Source: Felis catus (lineage: Eukaryota). Taken from it: a stretch of 64,000 nt of DNA. The notes below the pieces were generated by a model. It saw only the letters and a program-made list of their open reading frames with translations, made no database searches and was not told where the DNA came from. The stretch is taken from the NCBI RefSeq assembly GCF_018350175.1, contig NC_058368.1:153700001-153764000 (forward strand), read 5' to 3'. Of the stretch, positions 63,485 to 64,000 are shown one piece after another. The first letter of the stretch is position 1. Each line of letters starts with the position of its first letter. A program made the position numbers and the translations under genes.

Positions 63485-63950
63485 GAGATACTTATATAAT
63501 CTCATAGATTATAATCTTAATCTTACATCCAAAGAAACAACTCAGTTACCATGGTAGGTTCTTTTCTCTTTATTTTTATGAAAGAGAAAATGAGGTTCGA
63601 AAGTGTTATGTGACTTTCCAGGGGCTGCTGCACTAACAGGTACCAGAGCTGGGTTTCAAATCCTGGTCAACTGGTCCCAGAGCCAGAGCTTCTTGGATTC
63701 CACTGCATTGCCCACTGCTATCTCCATCTTCTGGTCATTGTTGTCCGAGAGTGCAAAAAGAAAGCAGAACATTGCCTTGTTTGACCTGAGCTGGGAACGT
63801 GCATATAGGGAGACTCAATTTTTTTCACGGCTATATGTGTGTCCACTAATGACTGTGAAAGCCTACTGAAGTTTGATATTGAGGTTCCAAATAAACTTCA
63901 GGGAGCAGGAGATTCTCAAATAGGGAATTGTGAACAGCAAGGGTCAACTG
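63349..63950 (+). mobile_element. MER82-like non-autonomous TcMar-Tigger DNA transposon
   Basis: TIRs CAGCTGATTCTTGTTATTC and GAACAGCAAGGGTCAACTG (14/19 match); MER82-type arms GTAGTTATGTTCTATAAAGTC...ACACTGAATTAGCGAATACTGA and GCCTTGTTTGACCTGAGCTGGGAACGTGC. Confidence 0.85.
63442..63482. repeat. (AC)20 microsatellite
   Basis: Perfect run inside the transposon. Confidence 0.95.
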
Positions 63951-64000
63951 TTCACACAAATACACAATCTATGTATATGTACATATGTACATACATACAT

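Noticed and set aside
1..64000. A novel multi-gene system or named host gene
   Set aside because: No credible coding exons, CpG-island promoter or recognisable gene; the locus and exact species cannot be identified from the sequence alone

Overview
AT-rich, non-coding mammalian DNA from a cat-family carnivore (intronic or intergenic). The taxon call rests on about 24 tRNA-derived Can-SINEs of the felid SINEC_Fc type, most with visible target-site duplications. The rest is a mosaic of old L1, L2 and MIR fragments, MaLR/ERV solo LTRs, a MER82-like Tigger DNA transposon and microsatellites. The only recognisable gene-derived sequence is a U1 snRNA retropseudogene on the minus strand (45535-45697). 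None of the six-frame ORFs is a credible protein; they arise from SINEs, L1 antisense or low-complexity DNA. Points worth follow-up are a repeat-free, motif-dense block that looks like conserved enhancer DNA (about 37300-39800), a candidate isolated 78-nt exon (60769-60846), two tail-only retrotransposition scars, a local 160-bp duplication of decayed L1, and a DNA transposon carrying a MIR-like core. I see no evidence for a new multi-gene system. Repeat family names come from recalled consensus sequences and need RepeatMasker/Dfam confirmation. Boundaries of old repeats are approximate.
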